Shown here one piece after another: positions 18,701 to 28,554 of a stretch of DNA of 64,000 nucleotides (position 1 is its first letter; each line of letters opens with the position of its first letter). Source of the stretch: Klebsiella phage Miami. The stretch lies in the sequence record MT701590.1, one strand, 5' to 3'. The notes beneath the pieces are model-generated. The model saw only the letters and a list, made by a program, of their open reading frames with translations. It was not told the origin of the DNA and did no database searches. Made by a program: the position numbers and the translations under genes.

Positions 18701-19816
18701 ATGATCACCGCTGTGCTGTCCTGGGCATCCGCTATTATTAGCTTAGCTAAGATGCTTAATCCTGACAACAAAAACTACGATGAGAGCAAAAAGGTCATTG
18801 ATAAATTGGGTAGTGTGGCCGGAATCGTCAGCACGAGTTCCGCAGCTAAGTCAGCGCAACGCGCCATTATCAACCCGATGGTTGTGGTGGAGCGGCCGCT
18901 CCTCCACCAAGAATATATGAATGAACTTTTAACGATCATACAATTACGCGACATCATGAACGTCCTGACCCACCTGAGTTTGCAGGGTGAAGTTGGCGGC
19001 GTTAAGATCGCTAAACTGATCGAAGGCATTAACCCGTCCCGTTCTGGTTTCCTTTCGCTGATGGGCGCCGAGTCTTTTGGTGGAACCAACATTCTTCCAC
19101 CGGTGGCTGGGGCCGAAGCCGATCTGGTTACCGTTAAAGATAAAGACGGTGTGATGATCGACACTAAACTTCAAAATACCCTCAACGAATATTCCCCGCT
19201 CGCTCTGGGTAAAGTCGTTGGCGCCGAAGTTATCATCGATGGTAAACGCAACACGTTCCCACTGGTATTCCGCCAGGTCCCGGTTCCTGCGGATACCAAA
19301 CAGCTTGAGAACGTATTCCAGGTAGCCAAGCCCGAAGACGGCCTGCGCATGCGTATCATGATGCTCAAAACAGGCGAAATCACACCTGCCGAGTTCCTTA
19401 CCGGTAGCGATCTGGTTAAGAAAGAATTCGCCGTTCGTAAGAACGATTTGACCGGGTACTACGAAGAAGCGCAAAAACGTGCGACTCGTAATCGTGTTGA
19501 GGCTATTCGCACTGGCGAAGCTTCCATGAACACAATGGCGAACGTCTTCGTTATGTCTTCCGATACCGCTCGTCAGATCGAGCTTGAAATCGGCTTACGT
19601 TTTGCCAACGCCTCTTCCCGTGACCGCATTTTCAGCAAAACCGTCGCTAACACCATTGTGGTGGTTAACGAAGGCCGCGGTATATTTACGTTCTACACTC
19701 ATGGCCAGGATATGCCGGAAGTGTACACGCGTTCAGAAATCAAAGTGAAGGCTGCTAAAGATACCTCTTCTAACAGTCTGCAAGATTTGCTTAAACTCTT
19801 TAACGGTGGTGTATAA
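18701..19816 (+). CDS. hypothetical protein
   Basis: Start moved to ATG 18701, preceded by AAGAGGAA RBS. The track ORF start at 18608 would overlap the divergent gene. Confidence 0.5.
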   Translation: MITAVLSWASAIISLAKMLNPDNKNYDESKKVIDKLGSVAGIVSTSSAAKSAQRAIINPMVVVERPLLHQEYMNELLTIIQLRDIMNVLTHLSLQGEVGGVKIAKLIEGINPSRSGFLSLMGAESFGGTNILPPVAGAEADLVTVKDKDGVMIDTKLQNTLNEYSPLALGKVVGAEVIIDGKRNTFPLVFRQVPVPADTKQLENVFQVAKPEDGLRMRIMMLKTGEITPAEFLTGSDLVKKEFAVRKNDLTGYYEEAQKRATRNRVEAIRTGEASMNTMANVFVMSSDTARQIELEIGLRFANASSRDRIFSKTVANTIVVVNEGRGIFTFYTHGQDMPEVYTRSEIKVKAAKDTSSNSLQDLLKLFNGGV

Positions 19817-20691
19817 TGGATCTGGTGAAATACGCTAAAGGCGTAAAGTCGCTTAAAAAGAAAGACGTCTACGATACAATCGCGTTACAGAAAGGCATGG
19901 TGAACACGATCAAAAACATGCTCGCCCTCAACGCCAGTAACGACGTCGGATACGACCAGTACGCTCAGCGCTGGGCACTGACCAAAGGGATCCTCAAAGA
20001 CGTTGGCCGTCGGGTAACTAATCCGACCATGACCGACATTTTTGTCGATTCGATTAAAGGGATCGAATTCATCCTGTCTCGTCTGGAACAACAGGCCAAA
20101 GGCATCGACGATACCATTGACGGAACAACCCTGACCATCAAAGAAACCAACATCCTGATCATCCTGGATAACATTGGTTTTTGGACAGGTTACACTCTGG
20201 ACCTGGTGGAAGTCCTTTCTTCTTTTGCGCTGGAAGGCAAAGAAGATGAGCGCGGTATTAATAAAGCCGACCTGACTTTCCTTAATAAGACTTGGTCTTA
20301 TTATTCCGATCTCTCGGTTCAGTTCATGGCTGAGCCCGACCAGATCGTTCGTCGTTTAGAGAAACTTTCTGACGTGCCGGCGGATCAGGATAGCGTGGAT
20401 ATTGTTCAGAACGCCAAAGGTCGTGATGCTGTTAACGCGATGAGAGGGTTCGGGATTCATACCGTTCTGCCGGCCTACTGGATTCTCGATATTAAGAAAA
20501 ATATCGATCTCGGTCGTATCAAAGCTAATCAGAAGCGCATCGAAATTCACTCGATGAAACTTGAGCAGCTGATGAACAAACGTAATGGTAGCAACGATCC
20601 TCACTTGGATCGCCAGATTGAAATCTACCAAAACGACATCATCAAGGCTAAGGCTAAAATCGAAGATATCGTTGAAAGTTATCAGGTGTAA
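19816..20691 (+). CDS. hypothetical protein
   Basis: 291 aa. Start overlaps the upstream stop (TAATG). Confidence 0.5.
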   Translation: MDLVKYAKGVKSLKKKDVYDTIALQKGMVNTIKNMLALNASNDVGYDQYAQRWALTKGILKDVGRRVTNPTMTDIFVDSIKGIEFILSRLEQQAKGIDDTIDGTTLTIKETNILIILDNIGFWTGYTLDLVEVLSSFALEGKEDERGINKADLTFLNKTWSYYSDLSVQFMAEPDQIVRRLEKLSDVPADQDSVDIVQNAKGRDAVNAMRGFGIHTVLPAYWILDIKKNIDLGRIKANQKRIEIHSMKLEQLMNKRNGSNDPHLDRQIEIYQNDIIKAKAKIEDIVESYQV

Positions 20692-20702
20692 GGGAGTCCA
20701 TT

Positions 20703-21218
20703 ATGCCGAATTACCGTTCGAGCAAATACGGTATGGTGAGTGCTGATCTTTTAGATCCCTCCCTTACCGCTGTTAACGATCTATTAAAACTCTATCTCAG
20801 AAATGCGGGCCAAGATTTCGAATTCGGCATTGCGCCTAAGAACATTCAGGAAGCGTTTCGGAATGTCAACACGCTGATGGCTAATGACTTCCGTGCTTGG
20901 CTGGCGGCTAACTACAACGATGGCGTCGGGCTACGATCAGATATGGTTCGTCGAATCCTGGGTTTTCTTTCTGGTGAACTGACGGGTCAGCTGGTCGTAG
21001 AAGGCATCCGGATGGACCAGATCAAGGTCAGACATCTGAAACGCATCGGTGGAGAGGCTAAACCTTATCTCCCTGCCCCTGCCAAAAGAAATGAAAAATG
21101 GCATGATGCCCTGAACAATGTCTTACCTAACGATTTCTACAGTTTGGTAGAAGGTATCGGCTTGCAGGCATTAGTTTGTTTAATGCTGACGTTAAGTGGG
21201 GAAACAGGCGATGTCTGA
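20703..21218 (+). CDS. hypothetical protein
   Basis: 171-aa ORF in the operon. Confidence 0.45.
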   Translation: MPNYRSSKYGMVSADLLDPSLTAVNDLLKLYLRNAGQDFEFGIAPKNIQEAFRNVNTLMANDFRAWLAANYNDGVGLRSDMVRRILGFLSGELTGQLVVEGIRMDQIKVRHLKRIGGEAKPYLPAPAKRNEKWHDALNNVLPNDFYSLVEGIGLQALVCLMLTLSGETGDV

Positions 21219-22506
21219 TGTCGATAAGATTTCAAAAGAACTTTCGGAGATTTCCATTACTCACTCTTCCGAGTTAATCGAAGCTGCCGAAGAATCCAAC
21301 CAGATGGCCGAATTTGCCGATCGACTTTCTGAGTCGGCTGACAGGGCTTTGGTTATAAAAGAAATGCTTCAGAACGTTAACCCTACCGCGGTAACCGTTT
21401 CTTTTGGTTCAGCCATTGATAAACAGTTAAACCGTATTGGGGTGATGGACGTCATTAATAAGACGTCAGCTGACGTTTTAGGCGCAGAAGCGTTGGGAAG
21501 AACCCTGATGCCTTCGGCCTATCTCCAAAGCCGTATAGCCGGCTGTGAGTCTTTTATCGGCGATGCCTTATCCAAGGCTAAGAAAATGCTGATAGCGGCG
21601 TCTGAGGGCATTAGGGACCGTTATATTCTCATTAAGGAATCTAATCGTTCTTTGGCAAGAAGAATTCTCTTAGTAGAAGAGAAGTTGAGTAAAGCCCCAG
21701 GTCCTTTAGTTCACGGTCAGTTTAAAATTAAACTTGATCGTAATCCTCGGCTTTTCCTGGTTGATGGCGTGGTTAAAGAGCAGTGGGGAGCACAACTTGA
21801 GCGAGTAGATAAATCCATTTCTGCGCTTATGTCGAACTACTACAAAAATAACCGCAGTTCTATCAACGAACTTCTTTCTTATTTCGGCGGGTTCTCCCAT
21901 CTCGAAGAAGACCGTGCTATCGAACGTCTTTTGTCCATGCCGAGCATGATCAGCCATTACACCTTTAAGGAATGTTTATATCCCAACCGGGAGCTTTCTA
22001 AGGATGGTGTGAGGGTAATGCAGTCGGTGGAACTTATGGGCGGCCGTCGTTTCCTTAACGCGGTGTATGAGAAGAAACCAAAGCAGTTTGAGTCTCTGGA
22101 AGAACTCTCCCGGTATTTCACCCAGATCCTTGAAAACGAATACGTTAAGTTCGTTGCCACCGAAAAAGTTGAATTGAATAAAGATATTGAGATCTCCAGT
22201 CTCTCTACTTTAGAGATCAAGGTTATTCTTAAACTCTGTTCAGGTATCCTTGATAAAACAGAAAGCCTGTTCAGCGAAGGCGATCAGTATTCGGTGGAAG
22301 GAAAGGATTATTTGGAAATGATTAACGTCATTTCTGATAACAACTGGGATGACAAACTCAAGTCTACCGTCGTCAGGTATTTCGAACAGCTCGCTTTGAA
22401 ATATAATAAAGAGATGCTGAACAACCGTGTGGCGGTGGTGGAATACCTGACCCTGCTTATCAATGGACTGTTAAACATCGCTGAACGTAGTATAGACGGC
22501 GAATAG
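21211..22506 (+). CDS. hypothetical protein
   Basis: ATG 21211 (MSDVDKISKE) overlapping the upstream stop. The track start 21196 is GTG. Confidence 0.5.
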   Translation: MSDVDKISKELSEISITHSSELIEAAEESNQMAEFADRLSESADRALVIKEMLQNVNPTAVTVSFGSAIDKQLNRIGVMDVINKTSADVLGAEALGRTLMPSAYLQSRIAGCESFIGDALSKAKKMLIAASEGIRDRYILIKESNRSLARRILLVEEKLSKAPGPLVHGQFKIKLDRNPRLFLVDGVVKEQWGAQLERVDKSISALMSNYYKNNRSSINELLSYFGGFSHLEEDRAIERLLSMPSMISHYTFKECLYPNRELSKDGVRVMQSVELMGGRRFLNAVYEKKPKQFESLEELSRYFTQILENEYVKFVATEKVELNKDIEISSLSTLEIKVILKLCSGILDKTESLFSEGDQYSVEGKDYLEMINVISDNNWDDKLKSTVVRYFEQLALKYNKEMLNNRVAVVEYLTLLINGLLNIAERSIDGE

Positions 22507-22514
22507 GGGGTATC

Positions 22515-23489
22515 ATGTCGCTAGAGCGCATTATGCTTTCTAAAAAGGCACAGGGCCAACATCAGGACTTGATGGATGCGTTGAACCAATTTAACGTCGT
22601 TATGGGAAACGAAACCCTATTTGACGACGTTAAGCTTATCGGGACGAACGTATTATCCCGATCTGCGGTGTTGGCTGGAAAAGGTATAACTGAGTTGAAC
22701 AATCTCTTTACTGTTGGTACTCGTAAGGCCATGGTGAAATTTGGGACTAATCGTCAGGCGATCTCTGTTTTATCCAGGGATGTCCCTAAACGAGAGCTCA
22801 AAGAAGAGGTTGTTCTTCCAGCATCTTTTGTCAACAACGTGACCTCAGAGGGCGATCTGAGTACGGTTATCGACGATACGCGAGCCCTCGGCCAAACGTT
22901 GGATTTGTTGGTCCGTCACCTCAATGACATCGACGGATACCTGAAACAACAACTGGGTTACGTAAAGGATATTGGAAACGTTCGTACTAACGATCAGGGC
23001 GTGGCTTTGATTCAGAAATACGATAAGTTATCTTATCCTCCCTTACAGCTGCCCATTCATGCTAATTTTATAGCCTCTTCGCACCCCTTGCCCGGAGGGA
23101 AGATTTTAACCTACGATGATAAACGTCATGTTTATTCTATGTCTGGTAAAAAGCCCCACGGCGAATCCCAACCTTATCCTGCTCAATTAGATACGGTTGG
23201 ATGGTTACGAGCGGTTAATGGCGTCAACGATCATTTACAGCGCTTAATCAAGTATATGTACGAGTACAATACTTTTGTTAAGAACTGGGCTAGTGCGGTG
23301 AAATCAGCGTATCCCCATCTTGAAAGAGAAGATAACCTGAGTGAGTCCGTTTCTAAGCAGCTCGAAAGAATGCTTGATGGTAACGTCAACATTATGCAAT
23401 TGTATAGCGGATTACTCCCTCGTCTTATTGGATACACGGATAAGTATATCCAGGATGTGTTAGGGTCCGTCAACAAACTTCTTAATTAA
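22515..23489 (+). CDS. hypothetical protein
   Basis: 324-aa ORF. Confidence 0.5.
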   Translation: MSLERIMLSKKAQGQHQDLMDALNQFNVVMGNETLFDDVKLIGTNVLSRSAVLAGKGITELNNLFTVGTRKAMVKFGTNRQAISVLSRDVPKRELKEEVVLPASFVNNVTSEGDLSTVIDDTRALGQTLDLLVRHLNDIDGYLKQQLGYVKDIGNVRTNDQGVALIQKYDKLSYPPLQLPIHANFIASSHPLPGGKILTYDDKRHVYSMSGKKPHGESQPYPAQLDTVGWLRAVNGVNDHLQRLIKYMYEYNTFVKNWASAVKSAYPHLEREDNLSESVSKQLERMLDGNVNIMQLYSGLLPRLIGYTDKYIQDVLGSVNKLLN

Positions 23490-23526
23490 TAAGTTTTACA
23501 TCAAATCTCTCTAGAGGATTTAAATA

Positions 23527-24792
23527 ATGAGTAAATTGTTTCTGGATCTGCTGGCTCGTCAGGGCAACGAAAACCTGGAAATCGAACTGGGTAATGGCGA
23601 TACCGCTGTAATCGTTCCTGAGTCGGCCGAAGAAATCGCTGAAATGGCTGCTGAAAACGTCCTCGCTGAAACTTCCGAAGAACTGGAAGAACACGCCGAT
23701 GACGTTGAAGACCTGTGCGACAAAGTTGAAGAACTGGAAGAGCAGGTTGAAGAACTGCAAGAAGTCGTTGAAGGCGCCGAAGCCCTCCTGCAACCGGGTA
23801 CCCAGTGGAACCCTGCTGCATTCGCCCTGCTGTACGCCCGCGGTGAAAAACTGAACGCCAAAATGAGCGATACCGCTGTCCCGGTTATGGGTGCGGAATC
23901 TCTGGCTGACGCGACTACCGCCGAACTGTCTGCTCGTGAAGGCCTGGAAGCTATGGGCGCCACCGTGAAAAAATGGGGCTCTCAGGCGATCGCTTTCATC
24001 AAGAAAATCTGGGATAGCCTGATCGCTTTCATCAAAGGCCTGTTCTCCAAAGCCACCGCGGTTAAGAACAAAGCGAAAGCTGTTGCCGCTCGCCTGGAAA
24101 AAACCGAAAAACTGAAAGAAACCATCAAGCTGGGCAAATGGAACGCGTTTGTCGGTGTTGGCGAAGGTCAGCCTAAATCTGCAACCGGTCTGTCCACTCT
24201 GATCGGCGCTGCCGGTAAAGTGGTAGCGGGTTCTGAAGCTCTGCTGTCTTCTCCGGGTAACGCCGCTGCGCTGGCAGGTCCGGTTAAAGAACTGAGCTCC
24301 GCAGCAGCTGGCCTGGACTCTGTTTTCGGCCCGGCTAAGAAAGCTGGCGGCGACAAAGCCGTTGCCGCTCACCAGTGGCGTGGTCTGACCATCGCGGTCG
24401 GTTATTACGCTGGTAAAGTCGAAACCTTCGAAGATGTTGCGAAAGCCGCTAAAGCCATCCGCATCTCCTGGAAAGTTTCCGGCGGTAAAACCTCTGGCGA
24501 ACACAAAGTCACCGACGGCAAAGACGCGCTGAAAAAATACATCAGCGACGCCAACGCTCTGGTTGACTCCATCGCTTCTTCTAAAGTTGAAGCGCAGTAT
24601 GGCGCGGCTAAACGCGATCGTATCATCGGCCTGCTGAAAGCAGCTGATACCAAAGACGGCGAAGACGTGGGTAAAGCAGTTAACGCAGTGAAAGCTGCTC
24701 AGACCGCTCTGTCCTCTGTAACGACCTCTGCGACCCGTCTGGGCCTGGCTATCGCTAACGGCGAACTCGACTACGTACGTGCTTGCCTGTAA
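23527..24792 (+). CDS. abundant Ala/Glu-rich virion-type protein (internal head or scaffold-like candidate)
   Basis: Extreme high-expression codon bias (CTG, GGT, GCT, AAA, GAA), unlike neighbouring genes. Acidic Glu-rich N-terminal third, Ala-rich remainder. Terminator immediately downstream. Confidence 0.5.
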   Translation: MSKLFLDLLARQGNENLEIELGNGDTAVIVPESAEEIAEMAAENVLAETSEELEEHADDVEDLCDKVEELEEQVEELQEVVEGAEALLQPGTQWNPAAFALLYARGEKLNAKMSDTAVPVMGAESLADATTAELSAREGLEAMGATVKKWGSQAIAFIKKIWDSLIAFIKGLFSKATAVKNKAKAVAARLEKTEKLKETIKLGKWNAFVGVGEGQPKSATGLSTLIGAAGKVVAGSEALLSSPGNAAALAGPVKELSSAAAGLDSVFGPAKKAGGDKAVAAHQWRGLTIAVGYYAGKVETFEDVAKAAKAIRISWKVSGGKTSGEHKVTDGKDALKKYISDANALVDSIASSKVEAQYGAAKRDRIIGLLKAADTKDGEDVGKAVNAVKAAQTALSSVTTSATRLGLAIANGELDYVRACL

Positions 24793-24818
24793 TCCCTCGG
24801 GATGGTTGTTTAAATCAA

Positions 24819-24855
24819 GAGAGGGGAGTCCTTAGGGGCTCCCCTCCCTATTTTG
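24819..24855 (+). terminator. rho-independent terminator
   Basis: GAGGGGAG..CTCCCCTC stem followed by a TATTTT run. Confidence 0.5.
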
Positions 24856-24870
24856 CATTTGAGAGGATTT

Positions 24871-25944
24871 ATGTCTACCCCTTACACTCAAAAAGGCATG
24901 TCCATGTCTCTCGCAGAAGAATACGAGGGAGATAAAAAGAAATTAGATCGTTACATTGAAGGTACCCCCGATAACGTAGAGCGGTATAAAAAGGTGGCAG
25001 CGGTTATCGGTAAAGAACCCGGCCATGTTACTGACGATAAAGATACAATAGACAATACCGCCGGCACAGAAGAATTTGATATCGACGAAGCCGTTCTTAA
25101 TTTCCCAGAAGATGAGAATGTTGCTGGGATGGAAGACTTCGTAGAGTTTGCCAAGAAGGCAATAGTTCGATTAATGCGAATGATCAAGAATGCGGCTATC
25201 TTCATCTACGAGCTCGTCTTTAACAAGGTTAGTCGCATCAAACACATCGCCCGTAAAGCAGAGTATCAATTAAGAACGCAGAGTCTGATACCTACTCTCG
25301 TACCTTACCCCAAAGGGACCCGTAAGATATTCATAGGGCCGGCTTTACAGACCAACGCTAATTGGACGCTTAAGAGTATTCAGCAGGTTCAACTGTTTTA
25401 TACCAGGTTGATGAAAGCGCACGGTAATTTATTGGATGCGGCTAAATCGGGTAATTGGAGAAACAACCCTAATTTCATTTTTGAAACAGCGGCTACGTTC
25501 GCTAATGAAATTTGCCAGAATCATCACAGTGATTATTCTGAAACCCAAGTTCTCCCAGGCGGGAAAATCTACAGGGTGAATTATTCCAAAGGCAGTGGAA
25601 AAAATCGTCCTGGTGTTTCCCTTAGCCAGAAACTCTCCGTTCAACTTAAGGATAAATCATTTAAGCCGGATAGAGCGATTGCTGACGACCTCATGACAGC
25701 CCTGCAGGGATTCGCTGATAAGATCGGTAACGATCATCGCAGTCAAACCAGCACTTCCAGAAAAATGGAAGCGGCGATAAGAGACCTGGAACGTTATTAT
25801 GTCGATCCTGAGGCAAAACGCCATGCGGCGGCTTACTTCACTTGGTTGATTGATTTCCAACGTACGGTTCTGAGCACTGGTCTTCAGTATGTTTTCGGAA
25901 CCCTGTTCGGTTATGCTGAATTCATTTCGGCTAATGTTAAGTAG
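24871..25944 (+). CDS. hypothetical protein
   Basis: ATG 24871 with GAGAGGA RBS (similar RBS context to 23527). Confidence 0.5.
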   Translation: MSTPYTQKGMSMSLAEEYEGDKKKLDRYIEGTPDNVERYKKVAAVIGKEPGHVTDDKDTIDNTAGTEEFDIDEAVLNFPEDENVAGMEDFVEFAKKAIVRLMRMIKNAAIFIYELVFNKVSRIKHIARKAEYQLRTQSLIPTLVPYPKGTRKIFIGPALQTNANWTLKSIQQVQLFYTRLMKAHGNLLDAAKSGNWRNNPNFIFETAATFANEICQNHHSDYSETQVLPGGKIYRVNYSKGSGKNRPGVSLSQKLSVQLKDKSFKPDRAIADDLMTALQGFADKIGNDHRSQTSTSRKMEAAIRDLERYYVDPEAKRHAAAYFTWLIDFQRTVLSTGLQYVFGTLFGYAEFISANVK

Positions 25945-25952
25945 AGGTAGTT

Positions 25953-26363
25953 ATGTCAGCTGGTGTTATTAGCAAGAACATGTGGGTGAGTCTACTCTCT
26001 AAAGCCCTCAACGCCGATGCAAGTGTATTAAAATCTCAGACGTTTGTTTTTTCGCCGAGTAGCTCTGACGACCTAGTTAGAATTAGCGACGTTAGAGGTC
26101 CCGATTCCCCCGTTGTAATGAAGAAGTTTGATTTCGGCAAACTCACCTACGGGAGAAAGTTCGACGTTCGGCACATTCTTCAGGATTCTGAAAACAAAAC
26201 AGCCGATGAGATTTTTGAATATTGGAAGAAATTGGTGCGACTCGATGACCTTGATCGCGGCGAGGTTGATTTGGTTAAAGACGAGTCGATCCTTTATATC
26301 TATTTCAAATCTTCATCTATCTGTTTCAAAGGAAGCGTTGAGGTGACGTATGCGGATCGGTAA
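25953..26363 (+). CDS. hypothetical protein
   Basis: 136-aa ORF. Confidence 0.45.
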   Translation: MSAGVISKNMWVSLLSKALNADASVLKSQTFVFSPSSSDDLVRISDVRGPDSPVVMKKFDFGKLTYGRKFDVRHILQDSENKTADEIFEYWKKLVRLDDLDRGEVDLVKDESILYIYFKSSSICFKGSVEVTYADR

Positions 26364-27690
26364 TTATTTATTTCAAAACATACGTACCGCTTTGACCCTA
26401 TTGGGTATTGTGTTTCAGATTCAAACGAGGAAACCTACTCAAGAAGAGTCAGATATTCTCGTTAACGGATTCAGGGAACTTGACGTTTCTCCTGCAGTTT
26501 ATCAAGAAAACGCATTACTGGCCTTACAGCTAGTGATTAAACGTTATATAGAGGATCTGGAAGCGTCTTTCTATGAACTGAGTCAATTACACGGATTAGT
26601 GCCAAAATCGCTTCATAGCGTATTAGGCGAGCTTATAGAGGGAATTAAGAAAACAAACAGCGACGACCTCGTTGAATATTTCGATGAAGGGTTGTTAAAA
26701 GAACACTCCATTCGCAGTTTGTTTACCCCTACCCCTGAAGACGAACTCGTCATTTCCGAGCATTACGAGACATTAAAAAGTCTTTATAACGAAACCGTTA
26801 CTAATCTCCTCGACGAATTAGAAGACACCATTGACCCTTCGATTCTTCCGATAATAGAGGATGGGGTACGCGATCTTAATTTGATCGAATTTATTTTACA
26901 GTATTTCGAATTGTCTAATTACGACAATGTCTCGGAGGAAGAGATGAAATATAGTCAGGTTAAAGCCAAACTTGATGAAATTGAAACTGCGGTCATTAGT
27001 GGTGCGGAAGAATTCAAAACCCTCATTAACGATTCTCCAGTATCGGGAATGGAAGCCGGGTTTGTTGACACTGTTAAAGCCGGAATCGCCAAAGTCGTTG
27101 ACACTATCAAGACTGCGCTGAAAACTCTTCTCGATTTCTTTGCTGGACGTAAGAAAGATGCCGCGGCTCAGATCGCAGATATCAAAGAGAAGTTCAATAA
27201 GCAAATCGAAGATCTGAAGGCGGCTGGTAACGACAAGCTTGAGATAGATCAAGAGAATATTAAGAAAACCATTGATATGTTGGAGAAGGCTGATCTTAGC
27301 GAAGTCGCCAATCATTTCAAAGGGGTGAACGATGCAACAGGTGCTATCTCAGCGTACACCGCGGCATTGTCTGATCTGGAAAAACTCTGCAAGCCGGATG
27401 ACGCCGATAAACAATTGGGTGATACTCAAACTAAACTCAATGAACTTTCCGGGACTCAGGTCAACGTGAACAACGACGCGCCAGCAGAAGAGAAGTCGAC
27501 CCTGAAAGAGGTCGTTGGCGAGCGCACCAAAGCTCTACAAGAGAAGTTCGCAGAAGCCAAAGAGAGTGTGAAGAATTTTATCAAACCTCTGTCCGCCATG
27601 GAGCGTCTCAATAGTACTCTGGGTAAAGTCATCAAAAAGAAATCAGAGAAGGAAGAAAAAGTCTCTGGTAACGAAGCCTGGATGGAGTAA
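26350..27690 (+). CDS. hypothetical acidic coiled-coil protein
   Basis: 446 aa, many heptad-like Glu/Lys/Leu stretches. Confidence 0.5.
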   Translation: MRIGNYLFQNIRTALTLLGIVFQIQTRKPTQEESDILVNGFRELDVSPAVYQENALLALQLVIKRYIEDLEASFYELSQLHGLVPKSLHSVLGELIEGIKKTNSDDLVEYFDEGLLKEHSIRSLFTPTPEDELVISEHYETLKSLYNETVTNLLDELEDTIDPSILPIIEDGVRDLNLIEFILQYFELSNYDNVSEEEMKYSQVKAKLDEIETAVISGAEEFKTLINDSPVSGMEAGFVDTVKAGIAKVVDTIKTALKTLLDFFAGRKKDAAAQIADIKEKFNKQIEDLKAAGNDKLEIDQENIKKTIDMLEKADLSEVANHFKGVNDATGAISAYTAALSDLEKLCKPDDADKQLGDTQTKLNELSGTQVNVNNDAPAEEKSTLKEVVGERTKALQEKFAEAKESVKNFIKPLSAMERLNSTLGKVIKKKSEKEEKVSGNEAWME

Positions 27691-27696
27691 AGAGAA

Positions 27697-28485
27697 ATGA
27701 TTAATTCTGCTTTCACTCCCGGATTTTTAGCGGTGTTGGGTTCGCAATACGCCCTTACCGACATCCAATCTGTAGACGATACGACTAGTGAACTCAAAGC
27801 AACCTTAGGGGAAACACCAAAGACCTTCAGATTCCCAAAAATGGATATTGGGGATATGTTCGTTGGCGCTCCTCTTATCAGCTTCGGTACCTCCGGTGAA
27901 CTTATTAACGACGTGATCGCCAGAGCCATGAACTATCATGAAGCTGGATTGGTTAGCGGTGTGGATTTCGATTTAGAGGAAGAGCAATTAGATTTCCAAG
28001 AAGGTACAAGCGTTTACCTTAATGTTAAGATACTCTCTTCATCTTTAATGTACAAAGGGAGTTTCGGCCTGACGGTTTATCGCGCTGACCTGTCACCGCT
28101 CACCCAGCCCATTGAACGTGATCTGACATCAACGATCCCTGATTACTCTTCACTGGACTGGATGACGTATCTCAGTACTCGAATTTTTAACGTTGAGTAC
28201 GATATTGAAATCGGCGACACCATTCCGGAATCCTGGAAAACCCCACTGTGGCCTTTGCTTTACGCCATGGATCCGGCTTTCAATATTGATGACGTGTTGG
28301 ACGCGATTACGGGTTCCGAAGTGTTGGAAAAATACACGGATGAAATTTCCAATCTGTTGGTGATCAAGTTAGAGGGCGGAGAACTCACCCTTCGCTACAC
28401 CTTTGATAAGGCCCAGACCGTAACCTACATTACCGATTTTGAACTCCCCGGCGACCCAGCTATCACTGACGCGTTACTCCCTTAA
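27697..28485 (+). CDS. hypothetical protein
   Basis: 262-aa ORF. Confidence 0.5.
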   Translation: MINSAFTPGFLAVLGSQYALTDIQSVDDTTSELKATLGETPKTFRFPKMDIGDMFVGAPLISFGTSGELINDVIARAMNYHEAGLVSGVDFDLEEEQLDFQEGTSVYLNVKILSSSLMYKGSFGLTVYRADLSPLTQPIERDLTSTIPDYSSLDWMTYLSTRIFNVEYDIEIGDTIPESWKTPLWPLLYAMDPAFNIDDVLDAITGSEVLEKYTDEISNLLVIKLEGGELTLRYTFDKAQTVTYITDFELPGDPAITDALLP

Positions 28486-28490
28486 CAACG

Positions 28491-28536
28491 AGAATCTGGC
28501 CCCAGAAAGGCCAGATTCTATGACCTTATATTTTTA
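28491..28536 (+). terminator. intra-operon hairpin (possible partial terminator or RNA-stability element)
   Basis: Perfect 11-bp stem AGAATCTGGCC-ccagaaa-GGCCAGATTCT, then a T5 run about 11 nt downstream. Confidence 0.35.
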
Positions 28537-28554
28537 ATAGAAGAGGACGTTATT

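Noticed and set aside
23482-24504. 340-aa minus-strand ORF (and nested 134- and 106-aa ORFs) opposite the Ala/Glu-rich gene
   Set aside because: Lies entirely antisense to a gene with extreme GC3-type codon bias. Its product is a low-complexity R/G/F/Q-rich string. Classic shadow ORF, not a gene.
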